Program-made: the position numbers and the translations under genes
The notes under the pieces: generated by a model
Seen by the model: the letters and a program-made list of their open reading frames with translations, nothing else
What the model was told of the DNA's origin: nothing
Databases searched by the model: none
Assembly (NCBI GenBank): GCA_016874175.1
Contig: VGUP01000002.1
Coordinates: 3,983 to 67,982, forward strand
From: Gammaproteobacteria bacterium
GTDB lineage: Bacteria > Pseudomonadota > Gammaproteobacteria > Steroidobacterales > Steroidobacteraceae
Direction: 5' to 3'
DNA length: 64,000 nucleotides
In this document: positions 10,574 to 21,257 of the stretch, in pieces
Position numbering within the stretch: position 1 is the stretch's first letter
Layout of the letters: each line of letters begins with the position of its first letter

Positions 10574-10671
10574 TGATGCACTCCGGCTGCTGGCGAGGCA
10601 GCGCGCCGATTGAATACCGCGATCGGCGCGGGCACGATGCAGACGCGGACGATCATGGGAGCGAAATTATA

Positions 10672-11610
10672 GTGGCTGCAGAGCAGGCGGCGGGCGGCAA
10701 GCGCACGAGTCACCAGAGCGAGCCCGCCGAACGCGGCCGTGGCCGGCTTGCGGTGGTGGCGACCCCTATCGGCAACCTCGCTGATTTGTCGCCGCGGGCG
10801 CGCGAAGCCTTGGCCGATGCCGATCTGATCGCCGCCGAAGACACCCGGCGCAGCAGCCAGTTGCTGTCGGCGCTCGGGCTGCAAAAGCCGCTGATCTCGC
10901 TGCACGCCCACAACGAGCGCGAGCGTGGCGATGCGCTGCTGGCGCGGCTGCTGGCGGGCGAGGTGATCGCGCTCGTCAGTGATGCCGGAACACCGCTGCT
11001 CTCTGACCCAGGCTTCGATCTCGTGCAACGGGCCGCTGCCGCGGGTCTCGAAGTGCGCAGTGTTCCCGGGCCGACGGCGATCGCGGCCGCGCTGTCGGTG
11101 GCCGCCGTGCCGACCGATCGTTTTTGTTTCGAGGGCTTTTTGCCGGCGAAACCGCGTGAGCGTCGCGAGCGTCTCGAGGCGTTGCGGCGCGAGCCGCGAA
11201 CCCTCGTTTTCTTTGAAACACCGCATCGGATCGTGGCCGCACTGCAAGATTGTGCAGCGGTGCTGGGCGGTACGCGCCAGGCGGCGGTCGCGCGCGAGTT
11301 GACCAAATTGCACGAGAGCGTTTATCGCGGTCGTCTCGAGGAGCTCGCGCAACGCGCGGCACAAGAGCCTGCTTTCGAGCGCGGCGAGATCACCTTGGTG
11401 ATCGCGGGCGCCGCGGTCGAGTCCAGAGGCGAGGGCGAGGCGACGATGAGCGCGCCGATCGCTGCCGACGAAGTCATGGAGCGTGTGCTGCGCGCAGCGC
11501 TCGCGCATTTGCCGGCAGCCAAGGCGGCGGCGATTGCGGCGGCCGCGAGCGGCCTCGGGCGCGAGACGGCGTATGCGCGCGCGGTCGAGCTCGCCGCGGC
11601 GCGGCGCTGA
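10672..11610 (+). CDS. rsmI: 16S rRNA C1402 2'-O-methyltransferase
   Basis: VVATPIGNLAD, AAEDTR, VSDAGTP.LSDPG, FEGFLP, ARELTKLHE. Start uncertain; GTG 10672 chosen. Confidence 0.95.
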   Translation: MAAEQAAGGKRTSHQSEPAERGRGRLAVVATPIGNLADLSPRAREALADADLIAAEDTRRSSQLLSALGLQKPLISLHAHNERERGDALLARLLAGEVIALVSDAGTPLLSDPGFDLVQRAAAAGLEVRSVPGPTAIAAALSVAAVPTDRFCFEGFLPAKPRERRERLEALRREPRTLVFFETPHRIVAALQDCAAVLGGTRQAAVARELTKLHESVYRGRLEELAQRAAQEPAFERGEITLVIAGAAVESRGEGEATMSAPIAADEVMERVLRAALAHLPAAKAAAIAAAASGLGRETAYARAVELAAARR

Positions 11611-11642
11611 GTCCCGGAACGCCAGAGCGTGCGCTCGCGCAT

Positions 11643-11671
11643 TTGTGATCGGTGTCATCGGCGCGTATCGT
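11643..11671 (+). promoter_or_regulatory. Probable sigma70 promoter of rnpB
   Basis: TTGTGA-17 nt-TATCGT, ending 7 nt before the RNase P RNA 5' helix. Confidence 0.55.
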
Positions 11672-11678
11672 CACCGTC

Positions 11679-12057
11679 GGAGTCGGCCAGACGATCGCTG
11701 CATTTTTCACGAGATGTGGAGGAAAGTCCGGGCTCCTTCGGACACGGCGCCAGGTAACGCCTGGGGGGTGCGAGCCCACGGAAAGTGCAACAGGAAAGAT
11801 ACCGCCGATGCGCAAACTCCCCTCGTGGGAGGGACCGCAGGTAAGGGTGAAATGGTGCGGTAAGAGCGCACCGCGCAACTGGTAACAGTTGTGGCATGGC
11901 AAACCCCGCCGGGAGCAAGGCCAAATAGGGAAGTCGCAGGGAAACCTGCAGCGCGGTGTCCGAGCGTGACTTCCGGGTAGGCTGCTAGAGGCATCCGGTG
12001 ACGGGTGTCCCAGAGGAATGATCGTCCACGACAGAACCCGGCTTATCGGCCGACTCC
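11679..12057 (+). ncRNA. rnpB: RNase P RNA, bacterial type A
   Basis: GAGGAAAGTCCGGGCTC, GGAAAGTGCAACAG, GGTGCGGTAAGAGCGCACC, GGCAAACCCC..GAGCAAGGCCAAATAGG and ACAGAACCCGGCTTA; terminal GGAGTCGGCC/GGCCGACTCC pairing (P1); rsmI-rnpB-mraZ synteny. Confidence 0.98.
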
Positions 12058-12069
12058 CTTTTTCCTCAG

Positions 12070-12100
12070 TGCCCGCGTAAGCATTCGCGGGCAACTCTTT
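12070..12100 (+). terminator. Putative intrinsic terminator after rnpB
   Basis: TGCCCGCG-8 nt-CGCGGGCA stem followed by ACTCTTT. Confidence 0.55.
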
Positions 12101-12195
12101 GAAACCCTTCAGCCTTTGTTCTGTTTTGCCCCTTGAGTGCCAAGCTCGGTGAATGTACGTTATTGGCGTAACTGAAAACAATTACCGCTAGACCG

Positions 12196-12225
12196 TTGAC
12201 ACTCCGCTGCGCCGATTCCTATAGT
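12196..12225 (+). promoter_or_regulatory. dcw (mra) promoter
   Basis: TTGACA (12196-12201), 18 nt spacer, TATAGT (12220-12225). Confidence 0.8.
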
Positions 12226-12258
12226 GGCGCCAAGTGGAAAAAAGTGGGGCGGAATGGG
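12223..12258 (+). promoter_or_regulatory. MraZ-binding repeats
   Basis: AGTGG at 12223, 12233, 12243 and AATGGG at 12253; exact 10-bp period, matching the known GTGGG-type MraZ boxes upstream of mraZ. Confidence 0.85.
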
Positions 12259-12280
12259 TGCAATTGCACCCGCGTGGGTC

Positions 12281-12733
12281 ATGTTTCGCGGTGCCAGCAA
12301 AGTCACGTTGGATGACAAAGGTCGGATGGTATTGCCCACCCGGCAACGCCAGCGCGCGCTCGAGCGCAGCGAGGGCCAGCTGGTCGTCACCGTCGATCGG
12401 GACCCCTGCCTGCTCATTTATCCGCTGCCCGACTGGGAGCAGATCGAACGCAAGTTGATGAGCCTGCCCTCGCTGCACGAGCGCTCACGGCGCCTGCAGC
12501 GGCTGATGGTGGGTCATGCGACCGAAATCGAACTCGACGCCCAGGGGCGCTTGTTGCTGTCGCCCGAGCTGCGCGAATTCGCCGGCCTGACGCGGCATGC
12601 CATGTTGATCGGTCAGGGGAACCGGCTTGAGCTGTGGGACGAAGCGCGCTGGATCGAGCGCCGCGACTATTGGCTGAAGAGCGAGGAAACCGCCACCGAT
12701 TTGTCGACCGAACTCGACTCGCTGTCGCTTTGA
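12281..12733 (+). CDS. mraZ: Division/cell-wall cluster repressor MraZ
   Basis: MFRG..VTLDDKGR, CLLIYP, ELDAQGR, LELWDE..W. Confidence 0.97.
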   Translation: MFRGASKVTLDDKGRMVLPTRQRQRALERSEGQLVVTVDRDPCLLIYPLPDWEQIERKLMSLPSLHERSRRLQRLMVGHATEIELDAQGRLLLSPELREFAGLTRHAMLIGQGNRLELWDEARWIERRDYWLKSEETATDLSTELDSLSL

Positions 12734-12746
12734 GGCGGATGGACAG

Positions 12747-13700
12747 GTGGATGAGCACATCCCGGTACTCGTCGAAGAGGTGCTGGAAGTGCTGGCGCCC
12801 AGCGCCGGCGATTTCTTTGTCGACGGCACCTTCGGGCGTGGCGGACACACCGCACGCCTGCTCGAGGCCATCGGCCCGAGCGGGAGCGTGCTGGCACTCG
12901 ATCGCGATCCAGCGGCCATCGAGGCCGGGCGTCGTCGCTTCGCCGCCGAGCCTCGACTCGAACTGCTGCACGCGGAATTCTCGGCACTTGCGACGACCGT
13001 CGCCGCGCATGCTCGCGGGCGGGCGGTCCGCGGCGTACTGCTCGATCTCGGCGTATCCTCGCCGCAGCTCGACGAGGCCGAGCGCGGTTTCAGTTTTTCG
13101 CAGGATGGTCCGCTCGACATGCGCATGGACCCGAGCCGTAGCGAGTCGGCAGCCGGTTGGTTGGCCCGAGCGACCGAGCGGGAGATTGCCGACGTGATTT
13201 ACGAGCTCGGCGAAGAGCGCTTTGCGCGACGGATCGCCGCGGCGATTGTCGCCGCGCGCAGCGAGACGCCGATCACCCGCACCGCAGCGCTCGCAGCGAT
13301 CGTGCAGCGCGCGGTGCGCACTCGCGATGGCAAGCATCCGGCGACGCGCAGCTTTCAGGCGATCCGCATGCACGTGAACGACGAAGTCGGGCAGCTGCGG
13401 ACGGCGCTCGAGGCGGCGTTCGCGGTGCTCGCCGTGGGTGGTCGTTTGGCCGTGATCAGCTTTCACTCGCTCGAAGATCGCATCGTCAAACAATTCATCC
13501 GCGTCAAAAGCAGCGTTGATCCGGTGTTCGCAGGCTTGCCGGTGATTCCGCTGCAGGCGCAACCGGTGATGCGCGAAGTGGGGCGCAAGCGGCGTGCTGG
13601 CGAGGCCGAACTCGCGCGCAATCTGCGGGCGCGCAGCGCCGTGCTGCGTTGTGCCGAGAAGTTGGCGGCGGCGCCAGTTGCAGTGCGAAGCCTGTTATGA
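12747..13700 (+). CDS. rsmH: 16S rRNA C1402 N4-methyltransferase
   Basis: HIPVL, DGTFGRGGH, DLGVSSPQLD, GPLDMRMD, SFHSLEDRIVK. Confidence 0.97.
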   Translation: MDEHIPVLVEEVLEVLAPSAGDFFVDGTFGRGGHTARLLEAIGPSGSVLALDRDPAAIEAGRRRFAAEPRLELLHAEFSALATTVAAHARGRAVRGVLLDLGVSSPQLDEAERGFSFSQDGPLDMRMDPSRSESAAGWLARATEREIADVIYELGEERFARRIAAAIVAARSETPITRTAALAAIVQRAVRTRDGKHPATRSFQAIRMHVNDEVGQLRTALEAAFAVLAVGGRLAVISFHSLEDRIVKQFIRVKSSVDPVFAGLPVIPLQAQPVMREVGRKRRAGEAELARNLRARSAVLRCAEKLAAAPVAVRSLL

Positions 13701-13981
13701 AGCTGCCTTCCCAACGTGCTCTCGCGATGCTGATCCCAATTCTTTGGTTGGCGGTGCTGGCATCAGCGGCGGGCGCCATTTTCGTCAAGCATCGGGCGCG
13801 CGAGCTGTTCGTCGAGCTCGAGCGGGTGAACCGCGAGCGTGATCAACTCGAAATCGAGTGGGGTCAGCTGCAACTCGAACAGAGCGCGTGGTCGACGCAC
13901 GCCTTCGTCGAGAACGTGGCGGCCACCAATCTCGGCATGCGCACGCCGCCGCCGAAGCAGATCGAGGTCGTCGCGCCATGA
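13697..13981 (+). CDS. ftsL: Cell division protein FtsL
   Basis: TM helix then coiled coil (HRARELF..LE..EWGQLQLEQSAW); ATGA overlaps with rsmH and ftsI. Confidence 0.93.
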   Translation: MKLPSQRALAMLIPILWLAVLASAAGAIFVKHRARELFVELERVNRERDQLEIEWGQLQLEQSAWSTHAFVENVAATNLGMRTPPPKQIEVVAP

Positions 13982-15849
13982 TTCGCTGGCCCTTCGGCAA
14001 ACGCACAGCGAGCAAGCCTGCCGCCGGACAGCGCGGCGGCGCTCGGCAATCGCGCAGCGGTCTGACGCGCAAGCCGGATACGCCGAACGCTTCGTTCGGG
14101 ATGCGGCTGGCGACGGTCGCGGTGCTGGTGGGTATCGGTGCTGGCCTGCTCATTTGGAAAGCCTCGACTCTGCAGTTTGTGGAGAGCGAGTTTCTGCGCG
14201 GGCAGGGTGATGAGCGCTTCACGCGGGTGGCGAGCATCGTCGCGCATCGCGGTAGCGTCAGCGATCGTTCCGGCGAGCCGCTCGCCGTCAGCACACCGGT
14301 CGATTCGGTGTGGGTGAACCCGAAAGAGCTCACGCTCGCTAACGAGCAGATTCCCAATCTCGCGCGCGCGATCAATCGTGAGCCCGACGAATTGGCCCGC
14401 TTCGTCACCACCAAACTGGAGCGGAAATTTTTGTACGTTGCGCGCCATCTGCAGCCCGCCGATGCCGCCAAGGTGCGCGCGCTCGACATCCCGGGCGTGC
14501 ATCTGACACGCGAATATCGTCGTTACTATCCGGCTGCCGAGGTGACCGGTCACGTGATCGGATTCACCGACGTGGACGATGCGGGGCAGGAAGGACTCGA
14601 GCTCGCATTCGATCATTGGCTCGCCGGCGACAACGGCGCCAAGCGCGTGATTCAGGATAATCTCGGACGTACCGTGCAGACGGTCGAGAGCATCAAGCCG
14701 ATGCGCGCCGGTCGCAACATGCAGCTGTCGATCGACATGCGCATTCAGTATCTCGCGTATCGCGAATTGAAAGCGGCGATGCAGCTGCATCGCGCGCGTG
14801 CAGGGTCAGTGGTGGTGATCGATGTCACGACCGGCGAAGTGCTGGCGATGGTCAATCAGCCAACGTTCAATCCCAACGATCGCGCGCAGTTGAAGCCGGC
14901 GGGTTACAAAAATCGTGCGGTCACTGATCTCGTCGAGCCGGGCTCGACCATCAAACCTTTTGTGGTAGCGGCTGCGCTCGCTTCCGGCAAGTTCCGTACC
15001 GACAGTATCATCGATACCAACCCGGGGATGGTCAAAGTTGGCATCAAGATGGTCGAGGACAAGCACAACCTCGGCGCCATCGATCTGGCTACGGCACTCG
15101 CCAAAAGTTCGAACGTCGCGATGACGCGGATTGCGCTGACGCTCGGCCCCGAAACTTTGCACGACACGCTGTCAAAAGTCGGGTTCGGACGGGTGACCAC
15201 GAGCGGTTATCCAGGCGAATCGGCGGGCTTGCTCACGCAGTACTCGCACTGGCGGCCGATCACTACGGCCACGGTGTCCTACGGCTACGGTCTGTCGGCG
15301 ACGCCGCTGCAGCTGGCGCATGCGTACGCCACGCTCGGTGCCTATGGCATGCAGCGACCGGTGTCGTTCACGCGTATCGATCACGCCGTCAAGGGCGAGC
15401 GCGCACTGCCGGAGCAGGTGAGTCGAGATGTGATCCGCATGCTGCAGTCGGTGGTGTCGGATGTGGGCACCGGCAAACGCGCGGCGATTCCGGGCTACAG
15501 CGTGGCCGGCAAAACCGGCACGGCCTGGAAGGCCAGTGCGGGTGGCTATTCCACCAATCGATATCTCGCCGTGTTCGCTGGGCTCGCGCCGGCCAGTAAT
15601 CCGCGTCTGGCCACGGTGGTGGTCATCGACGAACCCTCTGCGGGTCTTTATCACGGTGGCGATGTGGCGGCGCCGACGTTCTCGTCGGTGGTCGGTGGTG
15701 CACTGCGACTGCTGGCGGTGGCGCCCGATACGCCCGTCGATCAATTTTTTGATGCGCTCCCCGAGACCGAATCGATGCCGGCCGATTTGCCGCAAAATAT
15801 TGCGACCGCAGCGGCCGCGTCCCGTACCGCGAACGGAGCGTTGCGCTGA
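13978..15849 (+). CDS. ftsI: Penicillin-binding protein 3
   Basis: RG..SDR.G.PLA.S, RRYYP, SxxK (GSTIK), SxN (KSSN), KTG. Confidence 0.97.
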   Translation: MIRWPFGKRTASKPAAGQRGGARQSRSGLTRKPDTPNASFGMRLATVAVLVGIGAGLLIWKASTLQFVESEFLRGQGDERFTRVASIVAHRGSVSDRSGEPLAVSTPVDSVWVNPKELTLANEQIPNLARAINREPDELARFVTTKLERKFLYVARHLQPADAAKVRALDIPGVHLTREYRRYYPAAEVTGHVIGFTDVDDAGQEGLELAFDHWLAGDNGAKRVIQDNLGRTVQTVESIKPMRAGRNMQLSIDMRIQYLAYRELKAAMQLHRARAGSVVVIDVTTGEVLAMVNQPTFNPNDRAQLKPAGYKNRAVTDLVEPGSTIKPFVVAAALASGKFRTDSIIDTNPGMVKVGIKMVEDKHNLGAIDLATALAKSSNVAMTRIALTLGPETLHDTLSKVGFGRVTTSGYPGESAGLLTQYSHWRPITTATVSYGYGLSATPLQLAHAYATLGAYGMQRPVSFTRIDHAVKGERALPEQVSRDVIRMLQSVVSDVGTGKRAAIPGYSVAGKTGTAWKASAGGYSTNRYLAVFAGLAPASNPRLATVVVIDEPSAGLYHGGDVAAPTFSSVVGGALRLLAVAPDTPVDQFFDALPETESMPADLPQNIATAAAASRTANGALR

Positions 15850-17414
15850 TGGGCGCCTTGGGGGCGCGCCGGCTCGGTGAATTGCGCGCGGGATTCGTCG
15901 ACGATGCCGCGAGTGACCTCGTCATTGACGACATCAGTCTCGACAGTCGCACCGTGGCGGCGGGCGGTTTGTTTCTGGCCTGCGCAGGGCGTCGCACCCA
16001 TGGTCTTGCGGAGCTGCCGCAGGTACTCGCGCGCGGCGCACGCGCCGTGCTTTGGGAGCCGGCGCCGGGTATCGCCGCGCCCACCGTGCCAGATGGTGTC
16101 ACCGCTCTGCCGATCAAAGATCTGACGCAGCACGCCAGCGAGATTGCCAGCCGATTCTTTGGTCGACCCTCGGCGAAGCTCGCCGTGACCGGGATCACCG
16201 GCACCAATGGCAAGACGACGACCGCCTGGCTCGTGGCGCAGGCCTTGAGTCGCTGTCAGTTACCGGCCGCGTACATGGGTACGCTAGGCGTCGGTCGCGT
16301 ACCCGAGGCCGTCATTCCAGGCGAACACACGACGGCGGACGCGGTCAGCGTGCAGCGGCAACTGGCTGCCATGCAGGCCGCCGGCGCGCAGTGCGTGGCG
16401 ATGGAGGTGTCGTCGCACGCGCTCGATCAGCATCGAGTCGCCGCAGTGAATTTCCGCGTGGCGGCCTTCACCAACTTCACTCGCGATCATCTGGATTATC
16501 ACGGCACCATGGAAGCCTATGGTGCCGCCAAGGCGCGATTGTTCGACATGCGGCATCTCGGTTGTGGCGTCATCAACGTCGATGATGCCTTTGGTGCCAC
16601 GCTGGCGCGGCGACACATAGCTTCGCTGCCACTGGTGCTTACCGCACGCACGACTGCGGGCTTGGCGGTAATCGATGAATGTCGAGCGCTCGACGGTGCT
16701 ACGCGCTCGTTCACTGCCGCTCAGGTGCGCAGTCAACCCACGGGACTGGGGTTCACGCTCGAGGCGCGCCTCGGCGAGGGCACGGTGTCGCGTCACGAGG
16801 TGACGTTGCCGCTGATCGGCGAGTTCAATGCCGACAATGTGCTGGTTGCGCTCGGGATTCTGGATTCTTTGGGTGTTGACGTGCCCGCTGCGCTCGCTGC
16901 GCTCGCCAGCATCAGTGCACCGCCCGGCCGCATGGAGGCGATCGTCGCGCCGGGGCGCGCGCTCGCCATCGTCGATTACGCCCATACGCCGGATGCGCTC
17001 GCCAAAGCCTTGCGCGCAGCACGCGCGCATTGCGCGGGTCGTCTGCACGTCGTCTTCGGCTGCGGTGGTGATCGTGATGCCGGCAAGCGACCACTGATGG
17101 CGAGCGTGTCCGCCGCGATGGCCGATGACATCGTCATTACTGACGACAATCCGCGCAGCGAACCCGCGGGCGGTATCGTTGGCGACATTCTGGCCGGCTT
17201 GCCGCAAGGTCAGCGGGCGACGGTGATCCATGATCGGGGCAGTGCGATCCGCCATGCGCTCGAGCAGGCGGCGGCGGGCGATGTCGTGCTGGTGGCTGGC
17301 AAAGGTCATGAGGATTACCAGATCGTTGGCGCCGAACGTCGTCGCTTCAGCGACCGCGAGCTCATTCAAAGTATTTATCGGTCTGCTGCCGCGCCGTCGA
17401 CGGTGACGCACTGA
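15849..17414 (+). CDS. murE: UDP-MurNAc-L-Ala-D-Glu:meso-DAP ligase
   Basis: [35 protein letters not shown] (meso-DAP motif), AGKGHE. Confidence 0.97.
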   Translation: MGALGARRLGELRAGFVDDAASDLVIDDISLDSRTVAAGGLFLACAGRRTHGLAELPQVLARGARAVLWEPAPGIAAPTVPDGVTALPIKDLTQHASEIASRFFGRPSAKLAVTGITGTNGKTTTAWLVAQALSRCQLPAAYMGTLGVGRVPEAVIPGEHTTADAVSVQRQLAAMQAAGAQCVAMEVSSHALDQHRVAAVNFRVAAFTNFTRDHLDYHGTMEAYGAAKARLFDMRHLGCGVINVDDAFGATLARRHIASLPLVLTARTTAGLAVIDECRALDGATRSFTAAQVRSQPTGLGFTLEARLGEGTVSRHEVTLPLIGEFNADNVLVALGILDSLGVDVPAALAALASISAPPGRMEAIVAPGRALAIVDYAHTPDALAKALRAARAHCAGRLHVVFGCGGDRDAGKRPLMASVSAAMADDIVITDDNPRSEPAGGIVGDILAGLPQGQRATVIHDRGSAIRHALEQAAAGDVVLVAGKGHEDYQIVGAERRRFSDRELIQSIYRSAAAPSTVTH

Positions 17415-18805
17415 TGCGGCGGCTGCAGGACATCGCCGTCGATTGCGGAGGTCGTCTCTGCGGCGCGGACCGCGAGTTCGTCGCCGTCAACACCGACACG
17501 CGCAAGCTTGCCGCTGGCGAACTCTTCGTCGCGCTGCGTGGCCCGAACTTCGATGGCAACACTTATCTTGCGGAGGCAGCGGCCCGCGGCGCTGCGGGCG
17601 CGCTTGCCGAACGTGAAGGTCCACCGGGATTTCCCGTGATTTTGGTCGCTGATGCGCTTTCCGCGTTGCAGCGCGCGGCGCAAGTCTGGCGCGAACGACT
17701 GAGGCTCCCATTGGTGGCGGTCGCCGGCAGCAACGGCAAAACCACGAGCAAAGAAATGATTGCGGCGATTCTCGCGGTCCGCGGATCGACGCTGGCAACG
17801 GCTGGCAATCTCAACAATCACATTGGGGTGCCAGTGACGCTGTTGCGGCTGACGCCTGAGCATCGCCATGCGGTGATCGAGACGGGCGCCAATCATGCCG
17901 GCGATGTGACGCAACTGGCTGCGTTCGCCGCGCCGTCGATCGGTATCGTCACCAATGCGGGCGCCGAGCACCTCGAGGGTTTCGGCTCGCTGGAAGGTGC
18001 AGCGCGGGCCGAGGGTGAGTTGTTCGCCGCGCTCGCTCGTGATGGCACGGCGATTCTCAATGCCGATGACAGTTTTGCGCCGTTGTGGCGCGACATGACC
18101 GTGGCGCGTATCGTCACTTTCGGCTTGGGTGCCAAGGCGGATTTCACCGCGCGCGATATTCATACCGAAACCACGGCCCGCGGCTTTTTGACGCGCTTCA
18201 CGCTGATGACGCCCCACGGCGAAGCGGCGATCGAGCTGCAGCTCGCCGGCAAGCACAATGTTCTCAATGCGCTGGGTGCCGCCGCGGCCGCGAGCGCGGC
18301 AGGCGCGACGCTGACCGATATCGCGAGTGGTCTTGCGCGCATGCGACCGGTCACCGGCCGTTTGCAGTTGCGCGCGGCGCGCGCGGGCGCGTGGCTCATC
18401 GACGATTCGTACAACGCCAATCCGAGTTCGCTGGAGGCGGCCATCGATGTACTCGAGTCGCTCGGCGGACGCCGCTTGCTGGTGCTCGGCGAGATGGCCG
18501 AGCTCGGCACGTTTGCGCGCGAGGCCCATCTCGAGGCAGGTCGTTACGCGCGCGATCACGGGGTCGCGCGGCTATTCGCGCTCGGCGAAGCGAGCCGCCA
18601 CGCCGTGGAGACTTTTGGCGCCGGCGCGAGTTGGCATGCCGACATGGCGGATTTGACTGCGGCCGTCGAGCGCGAACTCGCGAGCGATACCCGTGTGCTC
18701 ATCAAGGGTTCGCGCATGAATCGGCTGGAACGCGTGGTGGTGGCTCTCGAGCAGAGCACAGCTCGCGCCGACGTCCACGAGCCTGCTGCAGAGGGGGTGC
18801 ACTGA
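17414..18805 (+). CDS. murF: UDP-MurNAc-tripeptide:D-Ala-D-Ala ligase
   Basis: [35 protein letters not shown]. Confidence 0.97.
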   Translation: MRRLQDIAVDCGGRLCGADREFVAVNTDTRKLAAGELFVALRGPNFDGNTYLAEAAARGAAGALAEREGPPGFPVILVADALSALQRAAQVWRERLRLPLVAVAGSNGKTTSKEMIAAILAVRGSTLATAGNLNNHIGVPVTLLRLTPEHRHAVIETGANHAGDVTQLAAFAAPSIGIVTNAGAEHLEGFGSLEGAARAEGELFAALARDGTAILNADDSFAPLWRDMTVARIVTFGLGAKADFTARDIHTETTARGFLTRFTLMTPHGEAAIELQLAGKHNVLNALGAAAAASAAGATLTDIASGLARMRPVTGRLQLRAARAGAWLIDDSYNANPSSLEAAIDVLESLGGRRLLVLGEMAELGTFAREAHLEAGRYARDHGVARLFALGEASRHAVETFGAGASWHADMADLTAAVERELASDTRVLIKGSRMNRLERVVVALEQSTARADVHEPAAEGVH

Positions 18806-19890
18806 TGCTGCTGTGGCTGTCGCAACGCCTGGCTGAAACGGCTTCGCTATTCAACGTTTTTTCCTACCTGACTTTTCGCGCCATCCTCGCCGCGGTGACC
18901 GCGCTCGCTATTTCTTTGGCGATCGGGCCGTGGATGATCGCCAAGCTCACGCGCGATCAAATCGGTCAGGTGGTTCGTGACTACATCCCCGCCGCGCACC
19001 AGAAGAAAGTCGGCACGCCCACCATGGGTGGTCTGCTGATCATCGTTGCCATCACCGTGTCGACGCTGCTCTGGGCGGATCTCGGCAATCGTTTCGTGTG
19101 GATCGTGCTCGGCGTGACTGTGCTGTTCGGCATGGTCGGCTTCTGGGACGACTATCTGAAGCTCATCAAGAAAAACCCCAAGGGTCTGATTACCCGTTAC
19201 AAATATTTTTGGCAGTCGATCGGCGGCCTCGCCGCGGCACTGGCGCTTTGGTACACCGCGAGGACGCCGGTGGATACCACGCTCTTTCTGCCCTTCGTCA
19301 AAAATTTCGCTTTGCCGCTCGGCCTCTTCAGTTTCGTCCTTCTGACCTACTTGATGATCGTCGGCATGAGCAACGCCGTGAATCTCACCGACGGCCTCGA
19401 TGGCCTCGCGATCATGCCGGCGGTCATGGTGGCTGCGGCGCTTGGTGTGTTCGCCTACGCGGCGGGTAATGCCGTGTTTGCCGGCTATCTCGGCATTCCT
19501 GCGGTGTCGCATGCGGGTGAGCTGCTTATTTTCTGTGCGGCGCTGGTCGGTGCCGGTCTTGGATTTCTTTGGTTCAATACTTATCCCGCGCAAGTCTTCA
19601 TGGGCGATATCGGCGCGTTGTCGATCGGTGCCGCGCTCGGCACGATCGCGGTGATCGTGCGTCAGGAGCCCGTGGTGCTGGTGATGGGCGGCATCTTCGT
19701 GCTCGAGACGGCCTCGGTGATTTTGCAAGTGGCCTCTTTCAAGCTGACTGGCAAGCGCATCTTCCGCATGGCGCCCATCCACCATCACTTCGAGTTGAAA
19801 GGTTGGGCTGAGCCCAAAGTGATCGTACGGTTCTGGATCATCACGTTCTTTCTCGTGCTCGCGGGTCTTGCGACCCTCAAACTGCGATGA
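18805..19890 (+). CDS. mraY: Phospho-MurNAc-pentapeptide transferase
   Basis: [38 protein letters not shown]. Confidence 0.98.
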   Translation: MLLWLSQRLAETASLFNVFSYLTFRAILAAVTALAISLAIGPWMIAKLTRDQIGQVVRDYIPAAHQKKVGTPTMGGLLIIVAITVSTLLWADLGNRFVWIVLGVTVLFGMVGFWDDYLKLIKKNPKGLITRYKYFWQSIGGLAAALALWYTARTPVDTTLFLPFVKNFALPLGLFSFVLLTYLMIVGMSNAVNLTDGLDGLAIMPAVMVAAALGVFAYAAGNAVFAGYLGIPAVSHAGELLIFCAALVGAGLGFLWFNTYPAQVFMGDIGALSIGAALGTIAVIVRQEPVVLVMGGIFVLETASVILQVASFKLTGKRIFRMAPIHHHFELKGWAEPKVIVRFWIITFFLVLAGLATLKLR

Positions 19891-21257
19891 CGATCACGGC
19901 ATCCGCACCGCGCGCACTCATCGTCGGGCTCGGCAAATCCGGTTTGTCGGCGGCGCGTCACCTGTCAGCGCGGGGTTGGGATCTGGCGGTTACCGACAGT
20001 CGCGAGTCACCATCCGGGCAGTCGGCAGTGAGTGCCCTGCAGCCCGGAGCCCGCGCCGCCTACGGTCGTTTCGATGTGAGTTTGCTCGAAGGCGTTTCTC
20101 TCGTGGTGGCCTCGCCCGGCGTCGCGCTCGATGAACCGCTAATGTGCGTGGCACGGGAGCGCGGTATCGAAGTCGTCGGCGACGTCGAGCTCTTCGCTCG
20201 CGAAGCCGCGGCGCCGGTGGTCGGCATCACCGGGACCAACGGCAAGAGCACGGTGACGACGCTGGTGGGTCGCATGGCGGCCCGCTCTGGTCGTCGGGTC
20301 GCTGTCGGCGGCAATCTCGGTACGCCGGTGCTCGAGTTGCTCGCGCAGCCGACGCCCGAACTCTACGTGATCGAACTGTCGAGCTTTCAGCTCGAGAGCA
20401 CTGCGTCGCTGCGGCTGCTGGCGGGCGCCGCACTCAATCTCACGGCCGATCATCTCGATCGGCACGGCAGCATGCAGGCCTACTGCGCCGCCAAGGCGCG
20501 TATCTTCCGTCACTGCGCAACGGCGGTCGTCAATTACGACGATTCCTGGACTCGCGCCATGCCTGAGGTGGTCGTCAGCAGCGACCTGTCGGTGCCGGGA
20601 CCGCAGCGTGTGGTCGGCTTTTCGGTCGCCGGTGCGAGCGGCGCCGCTTATTCTTTGATCGAGCATCAGGGCGAGCGCTGGCTCGCTATTCGTGGCACCC
20701 CGGTGCTCGCCGTGTCGGCGATGCGGATCGCCGGTTTGCATAACGCCGCCAATGCGCTGGCCGCCCTCGCGCTCGGCGAGGCGAGCGGCTTGCCCTTGCC
20801 GCCGATGCTCGAAGAATTACGCGAATTCACTGGGCTCGCCCATCGTTCGCAGTGGGTGGGCGAGAAGCGCGGCGTGCGCTACATCAATGATTCCAAGGGC
20901 ACCAATGTCGGTGCAACGGCGGCCGCAGTGCGCGGTCTGCCGGGAAACGTGCTGCTGATTGCGGGTGGCGATGGCAAAGGCCAGGATTTCGCGCCGCTTG
21001 CCGCGACCTTGCAGGGTCGAGTCCGACGCGCGCTGCTGATCGGTCGTGATGCGGCGCAGTTGGCAGCGGCACTCGAGGGCAGCTGCGAGTGGCAGCACTG
21101 CGAATCGCTCGAGGCAGCGGTCGAGGCGGCGGCCATGCACGCCAAGCCGGGCGAGATCGTCCTGCTGTCGCCGGCGTGCGCGAGTCTCGACATGTTTCGT
21201 GATTATGCCGAACGCGGTGAGCGCTTCGCCGCCGCCGTGGGGAGGTTGCCCGCATGA
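19887..21257 (+). CDS. murD: UDP-MurNAc-L-Ala:D-Glu ligase
   Basis: [42 protein letters not shown]. Confidence 0.97.
   Translation: MTITASAPRALIVGLGKSGLSAARHLSARGWDLAVTDSRESPSGQSAVSALQPGARAAYGRFDVSLLEGVSLVVASPGVALDEPLMCVARERGIEVVGDVELFAREAAAPVVGITGTNGKSTVTTLVGRMAARSGRRVAVGGNLGTPVLELLAQPTPELYVIELSSFQLESTASLRLLAGAALNLTADHLDRHGSMQAYCAAKARIFRHCATAVVNYDDSWTRAMPEVVVSSDLSVPGPQRVVGFSVAGASGAAYSLIEHQGERWLAIRGTPVLAVSAMRIAGLHNAANALAALALGEASGLPLPPMLEELREFTGLAHRSQWVGEKRGVRYINDSKGTNVGATAAAVRGLPGNVLLIAGGDGKGQDFAPLAATLQGRVRRALLIGRDAAQLAAALEGSCEWQHCESLEAAVEAAAMHAKPGEIVLLSPACASLDMFRDYAERGERFAAAVGRLPA

Noticed and set aside
11474..12181. ORFs of 77-235 aa over the rnpB region
   Set aside because: They overlap an unambiguous RNase P RNA and have no protein motifs.
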